64,000 nucleotides of DNA from Candidatus Thorarchaeota archaeon (GTDB lineage: Archaea > Asgardarchaeota > Thorarchaeia > Thorarchaeales > Thorarchaeaceae). The stretch spans positions 27,375 through 91,374 of the forward strand of contig JBHLQH010000014.1 of NCBI GenBank assembly GCA_048884965.1. Direction: 5' to 3'. Position 1 is the stretch's first letter. Every line of letters begins with the position of its first letter. Below, in pieces: positions 1 through 9,294 of this stretch. Below the pieces are notes generated by a model, which searched no databases, had not been told where the DNA came from, and saw only the letters and a program-made list of their open reading frames with translations. The position numbers and the translations under genes were made by a program.

Positions 1-1408
1 CATCATCAGGTGTAGCTTCTACCATGAACTGATTGAACACCTGTACTTGCTCCTTGAAGATATCAAGATTTGGCAGACTAATGCTTTCATACGTCTTTCT
101 ATAGTCATGGAATCGTATCTGACCTGCTCCTCTTGTTGGACCCTGATTGAACATGAATACATCATGCTTTGGAGTGTCAGTAGTCGGAACCTCAGGACTT
201 TCCTCTGCCATGAAGAAGTATGCAGGCATGAACTTGATGATTTGAGCCATGTTAACATGGACGGTCCCCTCAAGTTTAGGTAGTGCTCGAATATCTCTCG
301 TTGCTGCAGAGAAGTAGGTTTCTGCTTCAAAACCTCTCGCGGCAATAACATCCCAGAGATGATCTATGACCTTCTCACCTTCACTTGTGACTTTCATCTT
401 GACAAGGCTATTGTAGAGGATATATCGACGGTCTTCCAATGAAGCTGTGCGCATGTAGTCTCCCGCTCGCATGGCGAAGAGCTTCATCGCTAAAAGCCGA
501 GTATATCCATCTACCAATAATTGACGGATATGTGAAAAGTCAGTTACCCAGGACCCATAGAGGTTCCTGTTCGCAGCGTGATTAATCGCCTCATAGAAAG
601 CATGGGTACATATTCCAATTGAAGCCCAGCCTAAGTTATACTTGCACAGGTTCACGGTGTTCAGGGTGCAATCCCACGCATCCCTGCCTGTCGATAGGAT
701 GTCTTCTGTAGTGATTGGATAATCATTCAGCTTGTACTCCGCGACATACGACTGAACTGCGACTAGGTTTCTGACGCATTCATATTTCTCATGCTGCGAA
801 TCAGCCACAAAGAACACGTAGCTTCCATATTTTGTATCCTCGGGATCAGATGGAACATCAGTCTTCCCAAATATAGAAACAAGACTAGCAACATTCCCAT
901 TGCCAATATAGTATTTACTCCCTCTTGCCTCGTACTTACCTTCGCCAACTGTCTTTAGAAACATCTCGCTTGAATAAATATCAGCTCCATGTTCTTTCTC
1001 ACTCAATCCAAATGCGAACACTCCTCCTTCTTTAAGAAGATGTGCGGTCTTGCGCTTCACTTCCTCGTTCTTACTCATCCAAATGGGACTTAGACCCAAA
1101 GCGGTAACTTGCCAAGTATACCAATAATGTAGTCCATAGAATGCCAATATTTCATTGAATTCCATATTGCGCCATGCATCCCACCTACACCCCTTCTCTC
1201 CATATTCAGGTGGCGTGAGTAGCTTGTAGAATATCTCCTCTTTCTTTACATAGTCGAGGAAGTCTTGGTACCAAACAAGTGCATGGTCGTCATTCTTGAG
1301 CTTGACCTTTCCCTTGTTCTCGAAGAATTGAATTGTTCTCAGCATAATCTCCTTTGACTCTTCGTCAGGATATTCTCTGGTATGATTGTTTGGATCGAGT
1401 AGAATCAT
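1..1408 (-). CDS. Acyl-CoA dehydrogenase (partial, 3' end runs off the window)
   Basis: Not in the ORF track. Manual translation from ATG at 1408 gives MILLDPNNHTREYPDEESKEIMLRTIQFFENKGK... with ACAD motifs FAFGLSEKEHGADIY and GSKYYIGNG. Confidence 0.85.
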   Translation of the reverse strand, partial: MILLDPNNHTREYPDEESKEIMLRTIQFFENKGKVKLKNDDHALVWYQDFLDYVKKEEIFYKLLTPPEYGEKGCRWDAWRNMEFNEILAFYGLHYWYTWQVTALGLSPIWMSKNEEVKRKTAHLLKEGGVFAFGLSEKEHGADIYSSEMFLKTVGEGKYEARGSKYYIGNGNVASLVSIFGKTDVPSDPEDTKYGSYVFFVADSQHEKYECVRNLVAVQSYVAEYKLNDYPITTEDILSTGRDAWDCTLNTVNLCKYNLGWASIGICTHAFYEAINHAANRNLYGSWVTDFSHIRQLLVDGYTRLLAMKLFAMRAGDYMRTASLEDRRYILYNSLVKMKVTSEGEKVIDHLWDVIAARGFEAETYFSAATRDIRALPKLEGTVHVNMAQIIKFMPAYFFMAEESPEVPTTDTPKHDVFMFNQGPTRGAGQIRFHDYRKTYESISLPNLDIFKEQVQVFNQFMVEATPDD

Positions 1409-1547
1409 TATAGTTCTACTAGTTTTGGTGTGATGTGTGTAAAATGTCTTCTGGACATCTCCTTATCAAAAACCAGCCTTCCTATTTGCAACTTCATGTA
1501 CCTAGTCAGGAGGCTCAAATTTGATACATGGGATTATCATTGACTCT

Positions 1548-4500
1548 TCATTTCAGGTCTAGTTTCTCGGGATGAGTATCGTCATAGGCACCATCAGCTG
1601 CTAGAAGTGCTTCAACATCTCTGATAAAACGCTCTTTCTCATCGAGATCTTGATCTGAGGTTTTATCTGACTTCTCAAGATTATCTTGGATTTCAGTATC
1701 CGAAATCGTGGATTCTGCTAAGGCCTCAGTATCTTCATCTAGCGCCAAGAACGAAGTCGTTTCTTTCTTTGATTCAGCCTCCTTAATCTGAACAATGTCA
1801 TTCCGTTCGATTGCATCCATTATTATTTTGTACACTCGTGTTTCTTCCAACCCACAGGCAGCGATTTTATTCGCCATTTCTTCTAGCTTGAATCCTTCAG
1901 TTGATTCAAGATCTGAGATTACGCGCTTCAAGCAGATTGGACCTCGAGGTAGGTTTCCAGCATCTACAATCCTGTGTCTATATTGAAGGAACATATCTAG
2001 CATCTCGTCAAACAGATTGTCAAACTGTGCTTCCTTTATACTATCAATCACAAGAAGGGGCACTTCTTCAAATTCACAATCGAAGGTTTCACCAACTGCT
2101 TTGGCAAATCGAATCATCCGTTCTTCCTGAGTTTTTGAGGGACTCCCGCTAGTGATGAATGCGCATACTAGATTGCGAGTTCGAATTGTCCTTATGATGT
2201 CTGAAACTGGTGTGATTTCCCATTCTCTTTGAGAAACATCAAATTCAGATCTGAATTGTGATATCGCAGTTATGAATGCAGAAATTAGGGAACCATCAAA
2301 TCCTCCCTTCACCATACGTGAATATATGGGAATGCCACTAGCTTTGTGAAGCACCACTATACCTAGTGTATTTCGTACATCATCAAATCTTCTCTTTATT
2401 GCAAGAGCCTGAATATTCTCTCTTCTCTTCTTACGTCTGTAAAATCTTCGCCCTACATATCCCATTGCAGCAATTCCACCAATCATAAGGAAGGGACTGA
2501 ATCGTGTTACAGTTCTTGTTAGAGCTGCTAGTTCACTCATTGTAGGACTCAAATCAGTTTCAATATATTCTGAATCCGACTCAAGAAGATAGTTAGAGCA
2601 GTCAACATAAATTCGAATCCTTACATCTGAATCCGCGGGAGGCATGATGTAAGTCGTAGAGTATACTCCTTGCGTATTTGATTCTTCTAAGATATCAGTT
2701 CCCAAAGGAACGAGATCCTGAAGTATTTGATATGCTACTGTAGCTCCAGATATTGATTCACCTGTTTCACTATCTACTAGTCGCAGACTTAGAATATGTG
2801 AGGTGCCCTCTAAACCAGAGCGACCTTGAATATCTACAATCGATATCAATGCCTCTCTGACATAAAATACCAAGACTGTTTCCTGAGAAATGTACCCAAT
2901 TTCACTGAAGACCAATGACACCTCAAATGAGCCAACTCCATCAGTAGCAATAGATAATGTATAGAAACCAGTTCCGCTCCTAGTCACCATGGCACTTGCA
3001 GCTGCAGATCCCGACAGAGTTACGACTGCATCTTCTATTCTTGTTCCATTATTCATTGAATATGTGTATGTGAAATTATAGGCTCTTCCAAAAACGAGTT
3101 CATCCATAAGTGTAATATCATTCAAGTTAGTATCAATCGGACCAACTTCAAGCTCAAGGGACAACCTGCTTGTTATATGATTAGTCTTATTGGCTGATAT
3201 GATGATTTCCCAAATCCCTACTCTATCTGCCACGAAGATTATGAGATATGTTTCGATCGACTGAGTTAGAGTATATACTATTCCTTCTCTTGGGTTTGTA
3301 TACACCTCGAAAGATGCAGAACTAACATTGCTTCCAATATCTGTTCTAACATAGGCTATTGCAAGCTGATGCTTGCTTCCAAAAAGAATTGATTCGTGTG
3401 CTTCTCCTTCAATGATTCGGAGTTCAGTAGGAACGATCTGGACAAGCAGTGAAAACGCAGTCGTTGATTTCTGATAGTTCGTAAGATTCGCTTGAATGGA
3501 TATTTGGAAGGAAGTAGTATCAGTCACTGAGGGAAGCATTGTCATATTATAGAATCCGTTTCCAACTTCAGAAACAAGATACGTCAGTCCCGCTGGAGGA
3601 TTCACAATTTGAATTGTAGCACCAGTAATAGGATCTCCATAGTCCTCATTATATCTGAGCTGCAATGTGAAATTCTGATCCAATGAAATGGTTGCATCAT
3701 TCATGTGACCAGTCAATCTTGTTTCAATTGGTACTACAACAAGGGAAAATGAAAGATACTGGGCAACATGATTAGTTATGTTAGCTCGAAGGACAATTGA
3801 AAATGTAGTTGCTATCGTTGGAGTGAACACAATGGAGTAATACCCTTCACCAAAATCAAGAGTCGTTCCAATACTGATACCTGTTTGAGGTGATATCTCC
3901 GCCACCTGAATAGTTGCGCCAGCTACACCTGCTCCTGTGATATTACTATACCTCATCAGAATTGCATAGTCATCTCCATATCCTACCAAATCAGCGGTAC
4001 TATTCAGGCAGGAGAAAGTAGTTCCGATTGGGTTCACTTCAACTTCTAGTTGAACAAGAGCCGTAATAAAACTGGATTTGGTTGCAGTGAGTGTTATTTG
4101 CCAGATTCCCGCAGAATCGAATAGAAAGCAGAGTTGATACGCATCCCCTACGCATTGAAGAGTTGCGAATAGTCCAATTGAGGGTGCTGAGGAAATTGAA
4201 ATATTGGCTGACGTGATGTTGGCAACAACATCAGTTCTGATATATGCTAATGTTACAAGGTATGAATCAGTGATAGAAATGGAGTCGGATGAATGTCCTT
4301 GAATCACTATTAGATCTGTTGGAATAACCTGTACAAACAATGAGAATGCAACCGTCCCGTTTTGATAATTGGCTCGATTAGCTCTAAATGAAATTTGGAA
4401 GGAAGTTGCTTCGCTCACAGATGGTATGAGATTTATGCTGTAAATTCCGCCTCCGACCTCAATAGCTTCGAACGATAGACCCTGAGGTAGATCCACAACT

Positions 4501-7352
4501 GAGATACTCGCAAATGAAATACCGCTTAGAGTATCATCTTGGTATGTCAGCTGAATAGTACAGTTTTGGTCTATTGCTATAGTGGCTCCATTGCTATCAG
4601 ACCTCAGAGATGTGGAGATCTGAGTAACGAGAAGACTGAAGGTGAAGTACTTCGTAGCATGATTTGTAAGATTTGCCTTTATCACTAGTGTATAGGTTCC
4701 TACTGTCGCCGGAGTAAGGTCAAATGAATAATACCCATTTCCTTCATCTGTCGAAATCCCTGGAATCAATCCAGAGGGATTGACCTCTACTACTTGCACA
4801 GTTGCACCTAGTAGGCCCGCACCCGTACTATTTGAGTATTGAACGACAAGGTGAAATGTGCGCCCATATGGGATTAGATTCGCAGTTTCGTTAAGTCCTT
4901 CAAATGTTGTTCCAATTTCTCCCACAATCAAGTTGAATGACACAGATCGCTCTTCATGGAATTTCTTGGAAGCTGTTACAGTTACCTTGTACTCATGAGA
5001 AAGAACACCTGTTATCTCAACAGTATAATGTCCATTACCAAGATCAGAGTGATATCCTTCAATCAGACCGAGAACAGGTCCTGAATATGTGACTGTAATA
5101 TTGGCATCTTCTATTCCGACTCCTATGATTTGCTCGTAATCAATATCAATCAGATATACGTCATTCAAGCCTACCTCGACAGGACTGCCATCCACATTGG
5201 ATAATTGAAGTTCTGTAGCATAAGTCGATATAACCTCGAATTGGCATGTAATGTTGTTATAATAAGGTCTAGTTACATTTACGGTAACATGATACCATCC
5301 CGCTCCAAAAAGGGATGTATCAAAATCTGCTTCCCACCAATTCTTTGCAAAGTTTGGAGTAAAGTCAATAGAACATCCTGACCAGTTAGCTATTACAGAT
5401 ATGCTATCGTCAAGAAGATAATTTCCATTATCAGAATCCTGGTACGTTATCAGATTGGAAATTGTCAGTCCCCACTCAATTTCTATTGATGGGAATGATA
5501 CGGTCGCAAACGCTTGATGATACATAGCGAATGTAGTAACTCCATATGCGATTTCTGTACCATTAGTCCAGAGAAACTGAACTTCCCACTCCCCCGCTGT
5601 TGTATTCAAGCCACTCAGAGTTCTCTCACTCGTATTTACAATTCCATCTATTCCCCCATGAATAATTTCCTCAGACCAAATAGAACCATCCGGCATCACC
5701 CATGCAACTTGCACATCATCTGTAAGCGTCGGTATGGTTTCTTGGGTTCCGATTTCTAGATGTGAACGAGTTCTGTTTCCACTTCTGAAGATATCTGTAT
5801 CGTGCCAATGACCTGATTGACCGTCAAACACTTGTGTTGCTAGTCTTCTTGCATAGTTTATTGATTGAAAATCGACCTCCCACCAGCCAAGTCTATCAAG
5901 AATTGAAATGGGTATAGATACGAATGTTGGTTGAATAGAACAGGTACTAGTGACATCATTTGTAAAGGGATCATATATTGTGACATTATCCCAATCTGAG
6001 GGCATGTAGATGAAGACAGTGAAGTTTTCCAACGTCTCCGTCAAATCTCCTCCAATATAAGTGAATGTTGACAAATCTGAACTCTGTCCAGCATCAATCG
6101 TATACGCGACTCCCTTTTGTGTAGGATGAGTTGTCCACGATGTGTTAGAAAAGAAATGCTGCAGGCTCCACACTTCGTATTCAAAAGAAACACTCACGGT
6201 TGAAGTTATACCGACAGACAATGAATTTGAGTCCCAATAGTGATTTTCCAAACTTGCAGAATAGTACCCATTGCTTCCAGCTATCGGAGTATCTAGTGTC
6301 ATTGCATGAAATTGTAGGCCTACTTCCTCTGGCGTTGGTGGAATATCGCTCAGCAATGAAACATCATCAATAGCCACTTCGAAGATACGTGCGTCCGCTC
6401 CATCAATACCTCCATCACCATCATAGTCACGACCGGGGTTTGTGTCAAAATACCATCCATTGTCTGCTTCTACTAGGAGTCCTATGCTTAATGAAAATTC
6501 AGAAGGAGCATTGATTATATTATGGAAAATAACATCATTCCAGTCATTTTTCTCTGGAGTATCTCTCATGAGATTTACAATATCATATCGCTCACTATAT
6601 GCTCCGTTCTCAATATATGCGACTAGCCAGACATCACCGTAGATTGCAAAGTAGCCATTGTCGATTATTCCGCTTAAGTAATTGTACCTAAAAGATAACG
6701 TCATACTATCCGAATGCGGGTTGTTCTGTATTGTTTGGGTCCATAGGTTATACGTGTCGTCATAGTGATAGTACCTGATATACCCGGAGCTAGTATCCAT
6801 TTCTCCTTGGCTCTCAACAGTTACATACCCCTCTGATTCATCGTATGATGTTATCAGATTCTGATCTCCATAACTTGAATCATACCAATCAACACCCCAG
6901 CCTTCTGGATGTGCTGTTATTGCTCCTGGGTAGATATTCTCACCACTACTACCTTCATCAAAAGTCCCATTCTCTGCGAACTCTCGATTCAGATTCCAAA
7001 GGGCAATTTTCGCATTGCTTGCCACCCAATTACTATCATTGTTTATCGGGATGCTTGTGAACGAATTTTCTCCTGTGTCCGTTCTACTCGATATCACTCC
7101 AGTGCTATAGTACCCTGATTGCTCAACAATGATAGAATCCAAAACACCTTCTTTAGTCGATTGGGATAGAATCTCTCTCCTCTTTGGTTCACCATCATCT
7201 ATGTTGCTGAAATCAGGATTGGTTTGCTTCTCATCACCACATGGATTTCGCGGATTATCCAAGGCTGAAGGATTGCTTGATATGGAGAATAGCATCAAGA
7301 AGATAATAGGCAGCATCAACAGATATCTTCTAGTATACTTTCTTGGACACAT
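1548..7352 (-). CDS. Giant (1934 aa) cell-surface single-pass membrane protein: signal peptide, ~100-aa Ig-like repeats, TM helix, cytoplasmic longin-like domain and acidic tail
   Basis: Hydrophobic N-terminus; repeated GxGxYxxxL...A units with many NxS/T sequons; TM FLMIGGIAAMGYVG followed by RRFYRRKKRR; then LGIVVLHKASGIPIY...LISAFITAISQF. Confidence 0.8.
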   Translation of the reverse strand: MCPRKYTRRYLLMLPIIFLMLFSISSNPSALDNPRNPCGDEKQTNPDFSNIDDGEPKRREILSQSTKEGVLDSIIVEQSGYYSTGVISSRTDTGENSFTSIPINNDSNWVASNAKIALWNLNREFAENGTFDEGSSGENIYPGAITAHPEGWGVDWYDSSYGDQNLITSYDESEGYVTVESQGEMDTSSGYIRYYHYDDTYNLWTQTIQNNPHSDSMTLSFRYNYLSGIIDNGYFAIYGDVWLVAYIENGAYSERYDIVNLMRDTPEKNDWNDVIFHNIINAPSEFSLSIGLLVEADNGWYFDTNPGRDYDGDGGIDGADARIFEVAIDDVSLLSDIPPTPEEVGLQFHAMTLDTPIAGSNGYYSASLENHYWDSNSLSVGITSTVSVSFEYEVWSLQHFFSNTSWTTHPTQKGVAYTIDAGQSSDLSTFTYIGGDLTETLENFTVFIYMPSDWDNVTIYDPFTNDVTSTCSIQPTFVSIPISILDRLGWWEVDFQSINYARRLATQVFDGQSGHWHDTDIFRSGNRTRSHLEIGTQETIPTLTDDVQVAWVMPDGSIWSEEIIHGGIDGIVNTSERTLSGLNTTAGEWEVQFLWTNGTEIAYGVTTFAMYHQAFATVSFPSIEIEWGLTISNLITYQDSDNGNYLLDDSISVIANWSGCSIDFTPNFAKNWWEADFDTSLFGAGWYHVTVNVTRPYYNNITCQFEVISTYATELQLSNVDGSPVEVGLNDVYLIDIDYEQIIGVGIEDANITVTYSGPVLGLIEGYHSDLGNGHYTVEITGVLSHEYKVTVTASKKFHEERSVSFNLIVGEIGTTFEGLNETANLIPYGRTFHLVVQYSNSTGAGLLGATVQVVEVNPSGLIPGISTDEGNGYYSFDLTPATVGTYTLVIKANLTNHATKYFTFSLLVTQISTSLRSDSNGATIAIDQNCTIQLTYQDDTLSGISFASISVVDLPQGLSFEAIEVGGGIYSINLIPSVSEATSFQISFRANRANYQNGTVAFSLFVQVIPTDLIVIQGHSSDSISITDSYLVTLAYIRTDVVANITSANISISSAPSIGLFATLQCVGDAYQLCFLFDSAGIWQITLTATKSSFITALVQLEVEVNPIGTTFSCLNSTADLVGYGDDYAILMRYSNITGAGVAGATIQVAEISPQTGISIGTTLDFGEGYYSIVFTPTIATTFSIVLRANITNHVAQYLSFSLVVVPIETRLTGHMNDATISLDQNFTLQLRYNEDYGDPITGATIQIVNPPAGLTYLVSEVGNGFYNMTMLPSVTDTTSFQISIQANLTNYQKSTTAFSLLVQIVPTELRIIEGEAHESILFGSKHQLAIAYVRTDIGSNVSSASFEVYTNPREGIVYTLTQSIETYLIIFVADRVGIWEIIISANKTNHITSRLSLELEVGPIDTNLNDITLMDELVFGRAYNFTYTYSMNNGTRIEDAVVTLSGSAAASAMVTRSGTGFYTLSIATDGVGSFEVSLVFSEIGYISQETVLVFYVREALISIVDIQGRSGLEGTSHILSLRLVDSETGESISGATVAYQILQDLVPLGTDILEESNTQGVYSTTYIMPPADSDVRIRIYVDCSNYLLESDSEYIETDLSPTMSELAALTRTVTRFSPFLMIGGIAAMGYVGRRFYRRKKRRENIQALAIKRRFDDVRNTLGIVVLHKASGIPIYSRMVKGGFDGSLISAFITAISQFRSEFDVSQREWEITPVSDIIRTIRTRNLVCAFITSGSPSKTQEERMIRFAKAVGETFDCEFEEVPLLVIDSIKEAQFDNLFDEMLDMFLQYRHRIVDAGNLPRGPICLKRVISDLESTEGFKLEEMANKIAACGLEETRVYKIIMDAIERNDIVQIKEAESKKETTSFLALDEDTEALAESTISDTEIQDNLEKSDKTSDQDLDEKERFIRDVEALLAADGAYDDTHPEKLDLK
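3135..4915 (-). repeat. Two copies of a ~297-aa three-domain super-repeat within the giant surface protein
   Basis: IGTTFEGLNETANL vs IGTTFSCLNSTADL; ATIAIDQNCTIQL vs ATISLDQNFTLQL; TSFQISFRAN vs TSFQISIQAN; LAYIRTD vs IAYVRTD; GIWQI vs GIWEI. Confidence 0.8.
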
Positions 7353-7686
7353 TGCGATTGCCTCTTCATAATTAGGTTGTTGGGTGAACGGAGCGTGCGG
7401 CCTCCATTAACAAAATCATATCCAAAGGCTACCGTATATATTGCTAATGTTCTGAAGGACACCGATGTCCAAAATTGTACGTACGTAGCAAGATTATCGG
7501 AAAAAATGACGCAAACGTTCAGTTCTGCACATTATATCCGACGGGGGTTATAGAAATCCCTTGACCCAATGTTCTTGATATGATTTCTTGCATAGACGAC
7601 GATTATTAGAAAGGTATCACCTGAATCGCAAATCGTATTGAAAACCTTTCCTAATGATTTCTTGAAATCTTAAGGGGACTTTCGAT

Positions 7687-8184
7687 TTGATCAGTAGGAA
7701 GGATGCAATCGGGGTTATTGTAGCTCTATTAGTACTCTCATCTTCCATTAGTATCAATCTTCTAACCATTGACCAAGGAATCAATGTTCCCTTTACACTC
7801 ATCCTTGAAAAATACATTCACTCCATGCAAGATGCCCGGACGTTAGTTATCACGGATAATGAAACATGGTCCTCATTATGGTCCGAGATCTATCATGTGA
7901 ATGGTCCCCCACCGAAGATCCTGTATGTGAACTTCACCTGTGAATGGTTGATAGTCGTATGCCTTGGGACACGTCCAATGGGCGGGTATACCCTAAACAT
8001 TACAAGTATCTCACGGACTCTCCTTAGCTACAAGGTATTCTATACGGAAACTGGGGGAGGTGCTGGTATAGCTATGGAAATCTATCCCCTGCAGATAGTT
8101 AAGATTTCGGAATTTCCTGCTGACCTGCCAGTTTCCTTCTATTACTCGTATTCAGAATCTCCCGTTCTATCTGAGTTATCCTGA
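7687..8184 (+). CDS. Membrane-anchored PrcB C-terminal-like domain protein
   Basis: N-terminal TM/signal; VNF...VVCLGTRPMGGYTLNI resembles the PrcB_C motif GxxPTGGYxI. Confidence 0.6.
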   Translation: MISRKDAIGVIVALLVLSSSISINLLTIDQGINVPFTLILEKYIHSMQDARTLVITDNETWSSLWSEIYHVNGPPPKILYVNFTCEWLIVVCLGTRPMGGYTLNITSISRTLLSYKVFYTETGGGAGIAMEIYPLQIVKISEFPADLPVSFYYSYSESPVLSELS

Positions 8185-8207
8185 ATGTGATTCCTAGCTC
8201 TCTGAGG

Positions 8208-8912
8208 TCATAGAGATGTGCCACACTTTTTGCATCGCGCTGTGCCAACTGCGTTCAAATAGCCACACTTGCGGCACTTTCCTGATATGAAATCCTGCAT
8301 TAATTTTGTCGCAGACCCACGGATATTGAGGATAATCTTATCTGAGAGGCCGAGTCTCTTCTTCGCCTTCGAATCAATCCGGTCACAATATGCAACAAGT
8401 GCTCTCAGTTTTGGTTTGACACGCTCCTCTCCCTTCGATATGCGTTCTCGTTCATCAGTATTGAGATAAGCTTCTTGCTGCACAAGTTCTTGATAGAATG
8501 ATTGGATATTATTGAGTGTAGAAAACATCTCTACTAGCATTTCTCCCATATCCTTTGACTCTGGATTCCTTGATGCAAGCGGAATCCTACTTATCTGTTT
8601 ATCAAGGCTAGCCAGCTCCTTCACTACCTGCTTTGCGACGTTACCTGTTTCCGACCCCCCTCCCCGCCTATAGGTACTAGATGTTTGATCTGCTCCAGAC
8701 GGAAGACGTCTTCCAGTCACTCCATCTCCAAAACGAATCCTCGAAGAGCCATCATCATCTCGTTGTACTCCATATGCTTTATCGTCTTTCATTGACTGGA
8801 CTTTAGATCTTGAGAGACCACGTGTCGTTGAGCTCCCACAATAAGGGCAATCGTTCTCGTTCTCCGGCACCTCTGCGCCACAACTTCCACATTTCGCCAA
8901 CATTAGCACCAT
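8208..8912 (-). CDS. Double zinc-ribbon protein with baseplate-assembly-protein-like core motifs
   Basis: CGSC..CPYC at N-terminus, CRKC..CKKC at C-terminus; central IRFGDGVTGRRLPSG..YRRGGG..GNV and DMGEMLVEMF..FYQELVQQEAYLNT. Confidence 0.7.
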   Translation of the reverse strand: MVLMLAKCGSCGAEVPENENDCPYCGSSTTRGLSRSKVQSMKDDKAYGVQRDDDGSSRIRFGDGVTGRRLPSGADQTSSTYRRGGGSETGNVAKQVVKELASLDKQISRIPLASRNPESKDMGEMLVEMFSTLNNIQSFYQELVQQEAYLNTDERERISKGEERVKPKLRALVAYCDRIDSKAKKRLGLSDKIILNIRGSATKLMQDFISGKCRKCGYLNAVGTARCKKCGTSL

Positions 8913-9294
8913 TCCATGTATTCTTCTTCATATAGTCAGGTTCCTCCTGCTATTAATTTCTCTGGCAATAATGTGAAGTGGGTCAAAGCCCAGAGGCAGT
9001 ACGAATACCTGAATCGTCAAGGAGGTAACCATGGACTTCATAGAACCTTTGAGGATTCTAATTATACAACTTACTCGGAAATCGCGAGCTACAAGAACTT
9101 GTATCGGTTTGTTCGCGGTCTGTTTACTTTCGAGCATCTCTCTGGGTAGAGCGTGTCCTGTAGAGAGGAATATCGTACGCAGGAAGTCCCTAATACTACC
9201 TCAGCTCCAGAAGTAGTGCGGGGTCATATGAGAACCATACCATAAGAGTTACTTAGATAGATGTTCGAACAGACGTATTCGAGGTCAGGGTCAG

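Noticed and set aside
19-948. Short ORFs listed in the track (19-351, 47-283, 763-948)
   Set aside because: Shadow frames of the partial acyl-CoA dehydrogenase gene
7511-7519. GCAAACGTT half-site upstream of the giant surface protein
   Set aside because: Only one arm of the operator; could be chance
8208-8912. Prophage or complete eCIS locus
   Set aside because: No sheath, tube, spike, capsid or integrase genes in the window
8916-9216. Small ORFs between the zinc-ribbon gene and uvrB, one (9031) with an AGGAGGT SD-like site
   Set aside because: No recognisable motif and several conflicting frames; cannot be supported, though a small gene or remnant is not excluded
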